Source: Lama guanicoe (lineage: Eukaryota). From it: DNA of 64,000 bases. A program made the position numbers and the translations under genes. Shown here piece after piece: positions 51,289 to 63,875 of the stretch. Below the pieces are notes generated by a model. That model saw only the letters and a program-made list of their open reading frames with translations, did no database searches and was not told the DNA's origin. The DNA lies in assembly GCA_013239625.1 (NCBI GenBank), contig MU056898.1, forward strand, positions 1,765,717 through 1,829,716, written 5' to 3'. Within the stretch, counting starts at the first letter, position 1, and each line of letters opens with the position of its first letter.

Positions 51289-53589
51289 TGTGTGCAGGTT
51301 TTCATGTGGACCTTTGGGTAAGTACCAAGGAGCACAATTGCTGTACCACATGGTAAGAGTCTGTTTAGTTTTGAAAGAAACCGCCAAACTGTCTTACAAA
51401 ATGGGCTGTACCATTTTGCATTCCCACCGAAAATGGATAAGACTTCCTATTGCTCCATATCCTTGACAGAATTTGGTGTTGTCAGTGTCCCCAGTTTTGT
51501 CCATTCGTTCGGGAGTGGGTGGTGTCTCCTCGCTGTTTTAATCTGCATTTCCCTGGTGACGTGTGAGGCGGGGCATCTTCCTGTGCATATCTGCCATCTG
51601 TGTGTCTTCTTTGATGCAGGGTTCATTTTCCCCGTGGATGTCCTGCGGTTCCAGCACCATTTGTTGAAAAGACTCTCTTGCTTCCATTGAATTGCTTGTA
51701 CACCTTTGTCAGAAATCAGATTGCTAATGTGGGACAGCTTCTGGAGTCTCTGTTCTTTTCTGTTCATTTATGTGTGTCTCCTCCATCAACACCACACTGT
51801 CTTGATGACTGTGGATATATAGTCAGTCCTGAAATCGGGTAGAATGATTCTTTCCACTTCATTCTTTTTCAAAATTCTTCTGTTCTAGTTCCTTTTCCAT
51901 ATAAATTTTGGAAAAATCTTGCTGGGGTTTTGGCAGGAATTGCATCAAACTTGAATCTCAAGTTGGGCAGAATTGACTCTTTCCTGTGTTGTTTTCCAGT
52001 CCGTGAACTCGGCGTGTCTCTCCAATTATTTAGATTTTTTAAAAATATTTTTCAATTTCTGTCTGTTTTCAGCATACAAATCCCGTACATGCTTTATCAG
52101 ATCTACAACTAAGTATTCATTTCTTTGAGCAGTTGTGAATGGAGTTATATTTTAAATTTTAGCTTCCAAGCAGTCATTGCTAATGCATAGAAATACAGTT
52201 GATTTTGGTATGTTGATCTTGTGTCCTAAATCTTGCCAAATTCACTTACGAGTTCTGGGTGTTATTTTGTAGATTCCTCAGAATCTTCATGGTGTTGACA
52301 ATCATGCCGTCTGTTCATATAGGCAGTTTTACATCTTCCTTTCCAATCCAAATGCCTTTGATTTCATTTTCTTGCTTTATTGCACTGGCTAGAACTTCTA
52401 GTGCTACACTGAACAGCCTGGTGGGTGGATCTCCCCGTCTCGTTCCCAGTCTTATGTTACCACCAAGCTGAGGAACCTCTCCTCTATTACTGGTTTTCTG
52501 AGAACGTATATCATGAATGAATCTTGAATGATGTAAAATGCTTTTTCTGCATCAGCTGACATGGGCACGTGATGTTTCTTCTTCAGCCTGTTGACATGAT
52601 GGATTTTACAGATTGACACTTGAATACTGAACCAGCCCTGCCTCTCTGCGGTGAACTCCACCTGGGCTTCATTATAATTCTTTTTATATGTTGCTGAGGG
52701 GGATTTTTGCACTTATATTTATGAGAGATTTTGTTCCGTACCTTCCTTCCTTCTTTCTCTCCTTCCCTCCTTCCTGTTTTGGTATCTAGGTAACACTCGC
52801 CTCATAGAGTGAACTGGGAAATGATCCCTCCGCTTCCATTTTCTGGAAGAGACTGTATAAAATTGGTGTTAATTCTTCTTTAAGTGTTTACTAGAATTCC
52901 AGCGAAACCATCTGGGCTTGGACGTAAGATTCTGGAGTCGGGGATGTTGGGGCCTCCATCTCTTTAGTGATAGTGAGGCCCTGCAGAGGCCGTCTCTGAA
53001 GGGACTGGTGGGCCGGCTGCACCAAGGCCTCCAACAGCTTCCTCTTGCTTGGGGCCGACAGTGGACCCTCCTCCCCTGAGGCTGGGGCTCCCCACCCCCA
53101 GCCTACAACACACACTCTCTCTCACAGTATCCGTTGCCAAACCCTTCCTTCCAAGCAGGGCCTGTCCTGGTGGCGGGGCTGAGTGGGAGGGAAGTGGTTT
53201 GTGCAGGAGCTCTGTAGGCTGTGAGCAGAGGTCTGAAGGCCGGTGTTCCAAACCCCTGCAGTGTTTACTGCGGGTTTCACCAAGGATCAGTTCTCTGGGA
53301 GGTGGCCTGCCCTGGAAACGGGGCACGCTGGTCAGCCAGACATTCTGGTTAATAACGTCTGTGTCTGACGTATTTACTCTTCCCTTAATGGCTCAGAGTG
53401 ATCCACATGATCTTGGGGTGCCGGCCCCTGGTTTTGAAAGCATATTCTCACTGCCTCTGGGTGAAGGCTTGGGGGAAGTTCCATGCCTGGCAGAGCCGCT
53501 CTACCCACCCCTCGCCCCCAGCCATCCAGGCTTCTCCTCTGCCTCATGTAGGCCCCTGTGCCGCCTCCCCAGGACTTGAGTGCTGGGGG

Positions 53590-53720
53590 TGTTCAGCAGG
53601 TGAAGCAGGGAAGGCTTCCCTGACACCGAGGGTTGATAGGGGAGCTGAAGTGAGGACGAGCTGTGAGCATTCCCGCCCCAGGGAAGAGCGTGTGCAAAGG
53701 TCCTGGGGAGACGACAGCGA
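53590..53720. mobile_element. L2 fragment
   Basis: cagggaaggcttccctg ... agggaagagcgtgtgcaaaggtcctgggg is a typical L2 3' motif. Confidence 0.5.
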
Positions 53721-53929
53721 GCCGGTTCAGCCCTGCTGCAGCTGGTGGGGATGTGGGGTGCGGACTGGGAGCAGCCGGGGGCCCTGCACCGCGTGGGTCT
53801 CCTGCCTCCCCTGTGGGGACCGCCAGCGCCCTGGTCCACTGCAGGCCTAGGTGTTGGTGGAGGCAGGGCCTGCCTGTCGCCAGGCCCTGGGAGAGGGCTC
53901 GTCTGCCACTTGGCGGCCGAGCTGTGGGC

Positions 53930-54790
53930 TGAGAAGAGGCTGCGAGCCTCCGTCCGGCCTTCACGTGGCGCGGCGAGCGTGGGCCCGCGCCCACCACGGT
54001 CCAGCTCTGCCCATCGCGGCGGACGGGGCGCCAGGCGCAGGGTCTCTCCGGCAGGGAGCCCCGCCCACACGCCGGAAGCCCCGCCCAAGCGCCGGGCCGG
54101 CGCGCTTGCGTCACCGTCCAGCCGGCTGGATCTGGTTCCAGCCGAGTCGGGCCGGCCTGACATGCGCAGTGCGCGGGGGCCGGGGCTGTGGCCGGGCGGG
54201 AGCCGCGGGCCCGGGCGCACCTGGCGGCCGGGGAGGCGGAGGTCAGTGCGTCGACCCCGGGAGCGGGGCCCGGTGGGGGCGTGGGGGGTCCGTTCTGCAC
54301 GCGCGGGGCGCGGGCGGGCTCCGGCGGCGCCCTGGAGCCCGAGACCCCGGGAAGAGGGCCCCGGGCCCAGCGTCCTCACCGAGGGGGGCTGGGCCGGCGG
54401 GGGGCTTGGGTTGCCACGCGCCGCCGACCTCGGGCGGCGGCTGCAGCCCTGCGACCCGGGCGGGCCCCCTGGGCTCTCCGGGCCGCGGCCTGCGCCGCTT
54501 CCCCGCCTCCTGCCGCCTCCCCCGGGCCCGGCTGCCAGCGCGCGGCCCGGGACCGACGCGGGGTCTCCCGGGGCCTTAGCCCTGCGGGGCCCGCCCCAGC
54601 CCCGCAGGGCGCAGTAGCGAACGCCCACGAGGGTGTGCGCTGGCCTGCTGGCGTAGGACCTGGCTGTGCTCGCTGCTCGGCGACGCGACTGCTCTCGGGG
54701 CGTTACGCGCGCTCAGGAGTCGCCGCGCAGGGAGAAGCCTGGCCCGGCAGCACGGTCCTAGCGCGAGGTTGCCTCCAACAGCGGACGACG
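53930..54790. promoter_or_regulatory. CpG island; probable internal or alternative promoter
   Basis: Extremely GC- and CpG-rich, with GC boxes and an NRF1-like catgcgcagtgcgc near 54161. Donor-like sites occur on both strands: GAG|GTCAGT on + at 54241 and CAG|GTGCGC on - at 54221. Confidence 0.7.
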
Positions 54791-57700
54791 GAGGCTGGGA
54801 GGTGCCTGGTACACGTTTGGTGAAGCTTTTGGGTTTCGCTGCTTCCTTCCTTGTCTTGGGGCAGTAACACGTTTTGTTTTGTTTTTCCCCCAAAGCTCGT
54901 ACTTCTGGCGGGCCCTGGAGCCTTGGACGCCGTGCCTGCTGGGCCGAGCGGCAGCGGGGCCCGGTTAGGACGGGCCCGGTCGTGCAGCTTCCTCTCCTGA
55001 GGAGGAGTTCAGACCAGGGGCTGCTAGGCTGTCGCGGGGCGAAAACGTCACTGACAGTCTTGTGCCAAATGGGGCGCTTTTTTTCGCTTTGGGGGAGCCA
55101 CGCCAGGGGTAGCTGCGGCGTAGCTGGAGGCCCACCTCGAAGGAGCAGGAGGGACGGCTTTGTGGTTTTCAAACAGTAAGGATCTGATTTTCATAAAGGG
55201 CAAGATCGGAACTGCCAAATTAGAACAACTGTTGGCTAATGTGGGGAAGCTGTTGAGAAGTGTGCTCTCTGTGTATTTAGTGCTGCTTCTAGACTCAATT
55301 CGGACACTGAATACTCCACTCAGCTCCGCCGTGCTGTCTGCCTCCTGCCGGGACGGCATGTTCAGGTTAAGAACAAAACGCAGCCTGAACCCGTCACGAG
55401 CCACAGGTTCCCGCAGATGAGAACAGATTCACAGTAGGAGGGAGATGGGCATGGCCGGGGCCCGGGGAGCACAGTGGCCTGCTGTGAACACAGGCCGGAC
55501 CGAGTGTGTGACCTTTGCCTTCTGGTAACTGGGACGTCCCACGTGAGGCTGTTGACTGCGCTGAGTGCAGCCGGCCGAGCTGGGTCGGCCTTCAGCAGTG
55601 AGAGAGATGGGGTGGGGGGTCATAAGTCCTCCCCGTGCCTAAAACCAAAGGGGGCCCGCTGGGTGGTCCTACGCGTTAGTATTGCAGCTCTTGTGGAGGA
55701 GGCCCAACTGGGGTCTCTTTGCTCCTTGGATATAGGCGGAATCAACCCGGAGGCTTAGCCAAGACCCTGGGAGGCAGTGAGGGCTGGCGAGGGGTGGGGA
55801 GAAGGGCAGGGCAGCCCTTGGTACCTGGGCTTGGGAAGACTGACCTTGGAGTCAGGAGACCCTCACCTGTGCCCTCTGCAGTTGGCAGGTGTGTGCGGTC
55901 CTGGGCCAGGGCCGTGTCTGTGCCTGGCGGGCGGGAGGCCTCCGGGCTGAGGCTCCAGGAGGCAGTGAGGGGGCCCGGCCAGCCTCCCCAGACTCTGCCT
56001 GTCGCGTGTCCAGAAACGGAAAGCCGACCTGATGCGAGTAGATCGCGTGGCACTCTGAACAGCTTCACTCCTGGTGGGAGTTTTCCTGGTGAAATGACTG
56101 TGTCTCCTCTGTCCTCCTGCCCCCCGCCTCTGTGTGCTGTGCACGTCAGGAGGACGACCCCCATTTCTCAGCAGCACGTGAACACATCTCCTGGTGTGCT
56201 TGGGGGCCGGGTCCGCAGCCTGCAGGGCCCCCCACCCACCACATCCCATCTCCACGTCTGGTCACGGCTCTCCGCCCATGGGCCTGCGTCAGCTCGGCCC
56301 CTGTCCTGCTCCACGTCCACCAGCTTAGGGGCGGGGCCTCGCTTGCAGCTCGCAGGGACCTGGTCCCTGACGCACCAGGTCCAGGCTGGCCCTGGACAGC
56401 TGTCCCATCCCACACGGCACTCTGGTTGGGGACTGCTGGGTGGACCAGATTCCGTGCATCCATGCCCTGGGCCTTCAGTGACTGCTGGGCCACCCATGCA
56501 CCTGCTGGGAGGGGGGTGTGCAATGGGCTGCTGGTGTCCGGCTGGTCCCGCGGGCTGAGGAGGTGGGGCAGGGGCGCATTTGCATTTCTGCCACGTCTGC
56601 GTCTGCGTCTGGTCTGTGTCTGCCATTTGGCTCTGCCTTTGGCCACAAATCCCCGGGGCCTCTGCCTTCACCCCCTTCCCTGTCAGACAGCAACCTGGGG
56701 GAGTTCCACCCCCCGAAGACCTAGTCTAGCTTTGCCTGTTCTGTCCGTCCAAGGGCGGGAGTGGACAGACGGCCTCAGAAGTAGAACGTGTGCTGAGTGG
56801 AACAGCAACCTGTGGTGTCTCAGGGCCGTTTCCAAAACCTCATCTGATCTTTGTAAAGAGGGTTTGTGTCCCAGGGCAGTGACGCCAGGGCCTGCTGTTC
56901 GCAGCCGAAGGGTCCAGCCCCTGGCCCTCATCTTGTATGTGTGGGGTTTGCAGAGAGGCTGTCCTTGCTGGCTGGGACCACCAGATGCGGAGGACTTGAG
57001 AAGTCGGTCACCCACAGCCTTGGGGAGGCCGTGGAGTCCCGACGCCGTCCCAGGGTGAAGCTTGGTGGGCCTTGAGAAGAGTTTTGTGGGGCTGGTCACC
57101 TCCCACCCGGCTTCGGCACCCAGATGCGGGAGTCATGTGTCCTCCAGCTTTTGTAGCGCTGTTGGCATGTAACAGGCTTTCAGTTCAACCCTTGGTCCTT
57201 GGGTCAGAAGAGAAGCAGGATAGAGTTGAGTCTCTGGTGTCTTCCTGAGATTCAGCTCTGGCTGCAGAAGGGGCTGGTACCCCAGCCTGCAAAGCGTGCA
57301 GCCTGCGCAAAGCCTTGTTCTGAGGCTGGTCTCTGGCAGAGGCCCGTGTCTCCAGCTCATACGGGCAGGTTCCACTGTCAGCCGAGCCCACAGCGTGTGA
57401 AAAGGTTGCTGTGGAAGATCCTGCCCAGAGCACTGAGCTGTTCGTAAGGGCCACTGTCCCAGCCGCCTTCGCCTGGTGCTGTTGGGGTAATGGGACCCCA
57501 CCCCTCAACAGCCTCACCTCCTCCCCTGTAACCTCGGGATTCCAGGTCTGATTCCTGTGCATTTGTGTGTGTGTTTCTGGGAAGAGGGTCCTGTGATTTC
57601 GTCATAGCATCCAAGGCCCAGACGGAATGAGGGCAGTAGGTTTGGGTGAGGAGAACCGTCGGCTGGAAGGGAACTTGCTTCCTGGGAAGAGGCGGCATTG

Positions 57701-58097
57701 GGGTGCGTCCCACCGGAGAGCCCAGCCTTTCCGGGGCTTGGGGGGCAGGGCTCTGGTTGGAGTTCTTGTGAGAGCATTCCATCTCCCAAACTCTGGGAGT
57801 TTGGACCTGAATGAGAAAAAATAACTCTTACCTGCACTGCCTTCAACTAAAATCGAGCATTTCCTTCTGCTGTGAATGTTGGCAGAAGATCAGAGCAGGC
57901 CTGGCAGGGCCATGGTGGGCACGTCAGGGGACACCTCGCCCTGTTGCCCAGATCTGCCACGGTGCATGAATGAAGCACGAGGGTTCCCCGTACATCCTGG
58001 TACCTGTCTCATCTGCGCCCATGTCTGTCCCCGGGTTCACACATTTGGAAACCTCAGGCCTGCTGCAGTGTCCGGATGGAGGAGCCGTGGTCCGCCC

Positions 58098-58178
58098 GGG
58101 GCTGCCGCTGTCCCTGTCCTCCAGGAGCTCACCTGTCTCTGGCCGTGAGCCCCTCGAGGCCAGAGCCTGCGTCTGCCT
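58098..58178 (+). ncRNA. MIR339: microRNA-339 precursor
   Basis: The 5p arm TCCCTGTCCTCCAGGAGCTCAC at 58111-58132 matches miR-339-5p. The 3p arm TGAGCCCCTCGAGGCCAGAGCC at 58146-58167 pairs with it. The position in the C7orf50 intron is as expected from synteny. Confidence 0.93.
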
Positions 58179-61100
58179 CAGCACCAGCGCCAGCGCCACG
58201 GCTCCAGAGGGACCCCGCCGCCCCACGCACGGCTCCCGTGACCCAAGTGTGGTTGATCAGGGCAGCTTCCTGCTTTGTCAGCGTGCACACTTTCTGAAAC
58301 TGTTTAGAATTGTTCTAGTTTTAACCAGGGTATTGCAAACCAAATGGAGAGGGGAAACATTACTCCTCCATGATCCTGAATTAGCAGAAGTAACTCAGCA
58401 TAACTCAGGTGTTGGGGGAATCGGCCTTAAAAGAACTTGACAGTTTGGACTTGCGTGCCTAGTTAAGTCTAACAAACCTGAGTGTTTAGGGTCTGGTTCT
58501 GCTGGGAGGTTGGGGTAGGTGCTCTGTGTTGCCTCCCAAGTTGCATCTGGTTGTTTCAGGATAAAAAGTTTCATTAAAATACTGTGGGAAACACTCCCTT
58601 TTTTGTTCTTCATTTTTTATTAAAGGAGAAAGTGGTTTGCTGCTACTAGGTCCCCTTTTGAATTTTAGTAATTGTGGTAGTGGGTCCAGTCAGGGTTGAG
58701 TTTTCACACTGGAGCAGCATCTCTGCAGGAGCTGCCTTCGAGCACAGGACTTCATGCTGCCAACACCCGGGTTCGGAACCAAAAGGAAGAGGGGGCTTCG
58801 TGTTCTGGGGCCAGCTTCCTTGTAGGGACACACGCTTCTGCTTCTCCACGCTGGACCCCGGTCTCCGGAGCCCTGTCTGCGCCCGAGCTCTGGTTGGCAG
58901 CCGGGCACCCAGACCCAGGGAGTGAGCCAGCACCAGTGACTCTGAAGGAGCAGCCAGCCCAGAAGACCGTGCCTGCAGACAGACCCATGGTTAAGGACCG
59001 CTCTGCTAGGGGTCCTCGAGGACACAACGGGGAGGAGTGGCACCTGGAGGCACCCTAGGCTCTGACCAGCTCTGGAGGGCACTGTGCCCTTTGGGACACC
59101 GTCTGACCTGTACGCAGTGAGGTGAGCAGCTGTGTCCCAGCCATGGCCTGGGGGTGGCAGTGCCCCTGCTTCCTCCCAGTCCTGATCTGCTCGTTCTGTA
59201 GGGTTGTTGGCTGGTGGATTTGTCTGGACAGATGGAGCGGGTTAGGGAGGTGGTGGGTGGGATGCTGGCCGACTGCTGCAAGACCGTCCCGGTCCCCACC
59301 TGACAGCAGCCAGCACGCTGCAGCCCCACCAGGTCCCACTCCACACGCCTCCGCGACCACTGCCTGCAGGCACTTGCTCAGTGGCAGGAGGTAAGCTGGA
59401 CCCCACGTGCCAAGTCTGATGCTGTTTAAACCATTTTTGGTGAAGTTTCGCTCTGTCATCTCAAACCAAAGGCTTCTGGGGACTCTGTCGGTGATGCATT
59501 CCTGGTCAGCCCTTCCTCCCAGCCTGTGCCCCCAGCTCCACCCAGCAGAGCAAGGCCCGCCTTCTTGGAGGGGGGGCCCTGTCATCAGAGGTGAAGGGGG
59601 ACTGTGTGGAGCACGGCGAGCTACCCGGGAGTGGCTCAGAAGCGCACCTGTTTCATGGCGGTTCTGCCTGTTTCCAGGGGAGTCCGGGCCATGTCTGCAG
59701 GGGAGGGGAGAACCCCCCAGGAGGGTGGGACAGGCTGAGAGCACAAGGCCCACCCTGCACTCGAGAGGTTCAGCAAGACCCGTCTGAACAGTCGGGGCTC
59801 CAGCTGGGGTGGGAGGTGGGGCGGAGCACCTTCCACGCACAGCCGGCGGCCTTGGTGAGAGCGTGGGGGCTTGTCTGTGCTGGGCCAGGACGCCGCTCAG
59901 AGGGCAGCATGGACGGGGCCCCGTGGAGGTGGCGCCGTGGTTCTGCCGTGTATGGATTCACTCTGGTGAGCTCGCCTTCTGGGGTGGACGGAGCACCAGA
60001 GCCCTGGCTCAGGGCCCTTTCAGCCTGGCTTCAGTGAAGAGAAGTGGTGGCTGAGGCTGGGCACCTCCGGACCACCAGCCACTCACCTGGCAGAAGCCAG
60101 GACTGCTAGCTGCGGTGGGGCTGTGGGGAGGAAGGAGGAGGGGTGGGACTGGGGGTGTCCAGCTTCTGTCACTGGCCTGCTGGGCCACCTGAGGCCTTCC
60201 CGCCACTTCCTTCGCCTTCCCACCTGTCACCAGGTAGAGACAGTGTCCATCACAGGCCACATCTGGGTGATGTGTCCCCTGCAAGGAGGCAGGCTGGACT
60301 CCAGCACGCACGGCCCGCCATCTCGGTGCTGAGTGCTGTCAGCGCCCAGCGTCCCAGGAGAGGCAGGGGTCCCTGCGCTGCAGACAGGCTGTGCTGCTCC
60401 GTGTCGCAGAGCCAGCCCCAGCCAGCCCCCAGCCCCATCTCCTCCTTGCACCTGTGCCTCTGGCCAGCCTGCAGAGCCCCTGGCAGGAGTGGGGACAGTC
60501 CTGGAGGTCAAGGGGGTCCCCCTTCCTCGTGCCCCCCAGCCTTTCCTGTCAGGAAATCGGGGGACCCTGTGGACTGTCCCAGCACCCTCTCCTCTGCAGC
60601 TGGTAGCGGGGCTGGTCATCTGCCAAGTCACTCCAGAAACCCCCGGGGCCGCTGCCCCTCTGCCCACTGGACCGGCATGGGGCATCGCGGGGCGCTGGTG
60701 GCTCCCTTTCCCTCCAGCTCTCTGTGCCGGGTTGGGGGGGTGCACTTTATCTTGGCTCTGGGAGCTCCGGGAAGACAATGGACCCTTTCTCTGGGACACA
60801 AGAGAGCCGCTGTTGACCCTCCCGGGGCCCGAGCTCAGGCTGGGTGATGGCTGGACGCCTGGGGTCTGGGGCGCTCGGAGCTCTGGGGCGTCTCGGCCGG
60901 GGCAGCTGACCCAGTGGGAGGTGTGAGGAACGAGGCGGTGCACAGACAGGGCCTCCTCTCATCCCAGCGCTGCCCTATGTATGTCCAAGGGTGGTGGTGG
61001 GCGGTTGAGACCCCTCCCCAGAATAAACGTGCGAGAAGTCCCTCGTTTGACAGAGAGCCCGAAGTGGACGGGCTGGCTCAGGACCAGACGGGAGTGCTGG

Positions 61101-63875
61101 GTGGGGTTTTGTCTGGATGGGTCACACCAGCTGGAGGACCTGAGTTTCCCAGGAGGCAGGGTGATGGGGGGTCCCCCGCTCCAGCACACTCTGTTGTGCC
61201 AAGTGGCCGCACGTCTGTGTCCAGTTCAGTCTGGGTGGGTGGTCCTCACGATGCCCTCAGGGCTGATCCTCAGCTGCTCCCATGTCACCCCCCATCTCCA
61301 GCCCCCCGCTGCAGGATGAGGACTCCTGGGCTGCCTGCCCCACCACAGACTGGGACAGAGGGCCCTCAGGACTACCCACCCCTAGATGCACACGGAGCAG
61401 GGGAAAACCTCACCCTGAAGGCCTGGCACCGTGGTTGAGCTGCCGGGGGCCCCAGAGAAGGGAAACTGGCACCACGATGACCACACAGACCTCGTGAGTC
61501 CTTCCTGGGTCTACACGGGCCCCTCCCCGCCCTCCGGGGTCAGCCCCCTTTCTTAGAGACTCCGATCCCTGGAGGGAAGGGGAGGAGTGGCTGGATTGGG
61601 GTGGGGCTGGGGGCCCTGCAGCCCAGCAGCCGGAGTGTTGGCAGCCTCCTGGGATCTCCTGGTGGCCCCAAAACCACAGTCTGGGAACCAAGACCCTAGT
61701 GTTAATCCCTGAGTGTTGGCGTCGGCCCCCAAAGGCGGTGTCCCCTGCAGGAACAGGCTGTGCCGCCAGCAGCGCTCGTACCCGCTGGCTGTTTCCACCA
61801 GTTCAGCGGGACGGGGCCTCAGAGGCCACTGACCAAATTGGGAATGATTTAAAGAAGACTTTTCTGTAGTTTTCAGATTCTGTGCCTAACCCGAGACTTA
61901 GGCCCTTAATGCTGGGCATTCTGGAAGCCGCAAGAGAAGTGGCTGGGCCCTTGGGGGATCCTCCCCGAGGGACCCGCCTGGCCCACGTCCTCCTCCACCT
62001 GGGCCCACGCTAGTTCAAGTTCCTGCTGCCAGCCCTGCAGCCCGGGCCGTGCCTCCTTCCTGTGTCCGTCCTTGGTGACTGCTGTACCTCACGGGCTTTC
62101 GCTGGGCCCACAGAGCACCCCAGGAGCCCTCAGGAGTGGGACAGGGCTCCCCTGTCTAGTGACCAGGGTCCTCTGGCCTTGGGGCAGCAGCCAGCACCCT
62201 GTAGGGTCAGAGTAGGGGGATGGCAGGGGCCAGGCCCTGGGTTTGAGGGCACTGCCATGCCCAGCGACACCTGGAGCCGTGGAGGGTGTGGCCACCACAC
62301 GGGCAGATGCTTTCCACCCTCCCTGTCCCTTCCCAGACCTGCCCAACCTACGGGCCTCCCTCCAGGATCAGCGTTGACAGACCCCCCAGGCCCACCCACC
62401 ACTGCCGCAGCCCTGACCCTTCACTGGGACTCGGCCTGGTGGCCTGTGTGATGCCCCCGATGTGGCTCAGAGGGCAGGGCCTGGCCTGCAGGGCTGGGGG
62501 GTTGCCTGCTTTTCTGGGAGCCAGCGGGTGTGTCTCCTAGACCCCAGCAGATCCCACTTAAGGTTGGATGGACCCAGAGGTCACTGTGCGAGTGAAGTAA
62601 GACTAGTGTCAGTTCACTCACGTGGAATCTACACCATGTACAAGGAGGCAAACAGGAAGACATGGAGACTGGGAGGGTGCGGGCTGGGGGCGTGCTGGGC
62701 CAGAGGGTGGACCCCACGGTGACAGAGGAGACCGCAGCTTTGGTGGCGGGCACGCTGGAGGGCACACAAGCGTGAAAACTCGCGTGACGTAAACCAGTGT
62801 CCCCCAGTAAAAAGAACGTTAAAACTCACCCCCGTCCGTGGGAGCCTGCGGCTGGCGGGGGTGTTCTAGGCGTGAGTGTAGGTGAGAGCACACCCACCCC
62901 CGACCACCCCTGTGGTCAGAGCTGCTGCTGCCCTGTCCTTCGGGCGCCCGGCTGTCCCCCAGCTCGCTGGCCCGGCTGCGGTGCAGTGCACGTGTGCACG
63001 CGAGGCATGTGCTCAGCGGGTCCCCGGCCCCCCCAAGGAGAGCCTGGGGCCCCGTCTGGAAGCATCTCCTGTGCGGGTGGTCTGAGTTACCCAGTGCGGC
63101 TCCGAAGCGCCACCGTGGGTGCATCCAGCTGGTTCTAAGGAGGGAGAGGGAGGGGCTGGGGAGAGCTGATCTATTGTTGTAGACGATTCCAGAAGGAGCG
63201 GGCGTTGAGGGGGAACACAGGTTGTGGGCGGTTGGCATTTGTTCAGGGCCTACTGGGGTGTGTGGGAAGGGCCCCTTGCCTTGCTCACTGGGGCGGGGGC
63301 TCTGAATGCTGGCGTGTGGTGGGGCAGCGGCCTGAGCCCTCCCTGGAAGCGCTGGGGCCATGGCCAGCCCCTGGGGCCAGCCTGAATCGCAGTGAACTCT
63401 CGGTGTCCCCGAGGCTCAGGGTGTGTGGATAGCTGCTGGAGTCCTTGGACTCCGCTCTTGTTTGGTTTGTTGGTCAGGGTGGGGGAGGGGCGTGCTTTCC
63501 AGGCAGAGGTGGCAGGAAGATTGCGTCACAGACCCCAGTCCCCCCACCCCGCCCCCAGGGCTCAGCCCAAGGAGAGACAGCTCCGCGCAGGCACCTCCTG
63601 CTTCCCCCAGAGCCGAGGGGCCCAGTGGGTATGGCTCCCCTGCACGTGCATGGTTTGCAGCAGGAGCCAGTGGGGGTGCCCGGGACACATGCCGGCCATC
63701 CCACAGGGCTTCCCCCAGGCACTGGGTCCCCGCGGATGCAGGGGTTTGAGGAGCCCCTTCCTCCTTCCCAGCAGAGTGTGTGGAGCTCTGCGCCGGGACG
63801 CACCGCCCGGAGAGCGTCTGAGCTCCGGGCAGCGGGGTCCAGGGACCCTGACCGCCGGTTCCCTTTGCCTTTCAG

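Larger units (their letters stand above)
49100..52960 (-). mobile_element. Cluster of nested L1M fragments (3'UTRs and ORF2 relic)
   Basis: AT-rich block with L1 hallmarks such as ccagcaccatttgttgaaaagact. The minus-strand translations NKWCWN...HKWQI-like (51447-51767) and IHHVNRLKKKHH..MSADAEKAF (52452-52712) are decayed L1 ORF2. Confidence 0.85.
1..63875 (+). other. CHLSN: Large intron of CHLSN/C7orf50 hosting the nested genes
   Basis: No upstream C7orf50 coding exon was recognised in the window. The known human arrangement has GPR146 and GPER1 antisense, and MIR339 sense, within the C7orf50 intron. Confidence 0.8.

Noticed and set aside
51447-52712. ORFs resembling reverse transcriptase protein fragments
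   Set aside because: Short, interrupted L1 ORF2 relics, not an active element or host gene.
53501-54823. Long ORFs (375, 290, 242, 211 aa) on both strands
   Set aside because: Low-complexity Arg/Gly/Pro/Ala translations of a CpG island with no recognisable domain.
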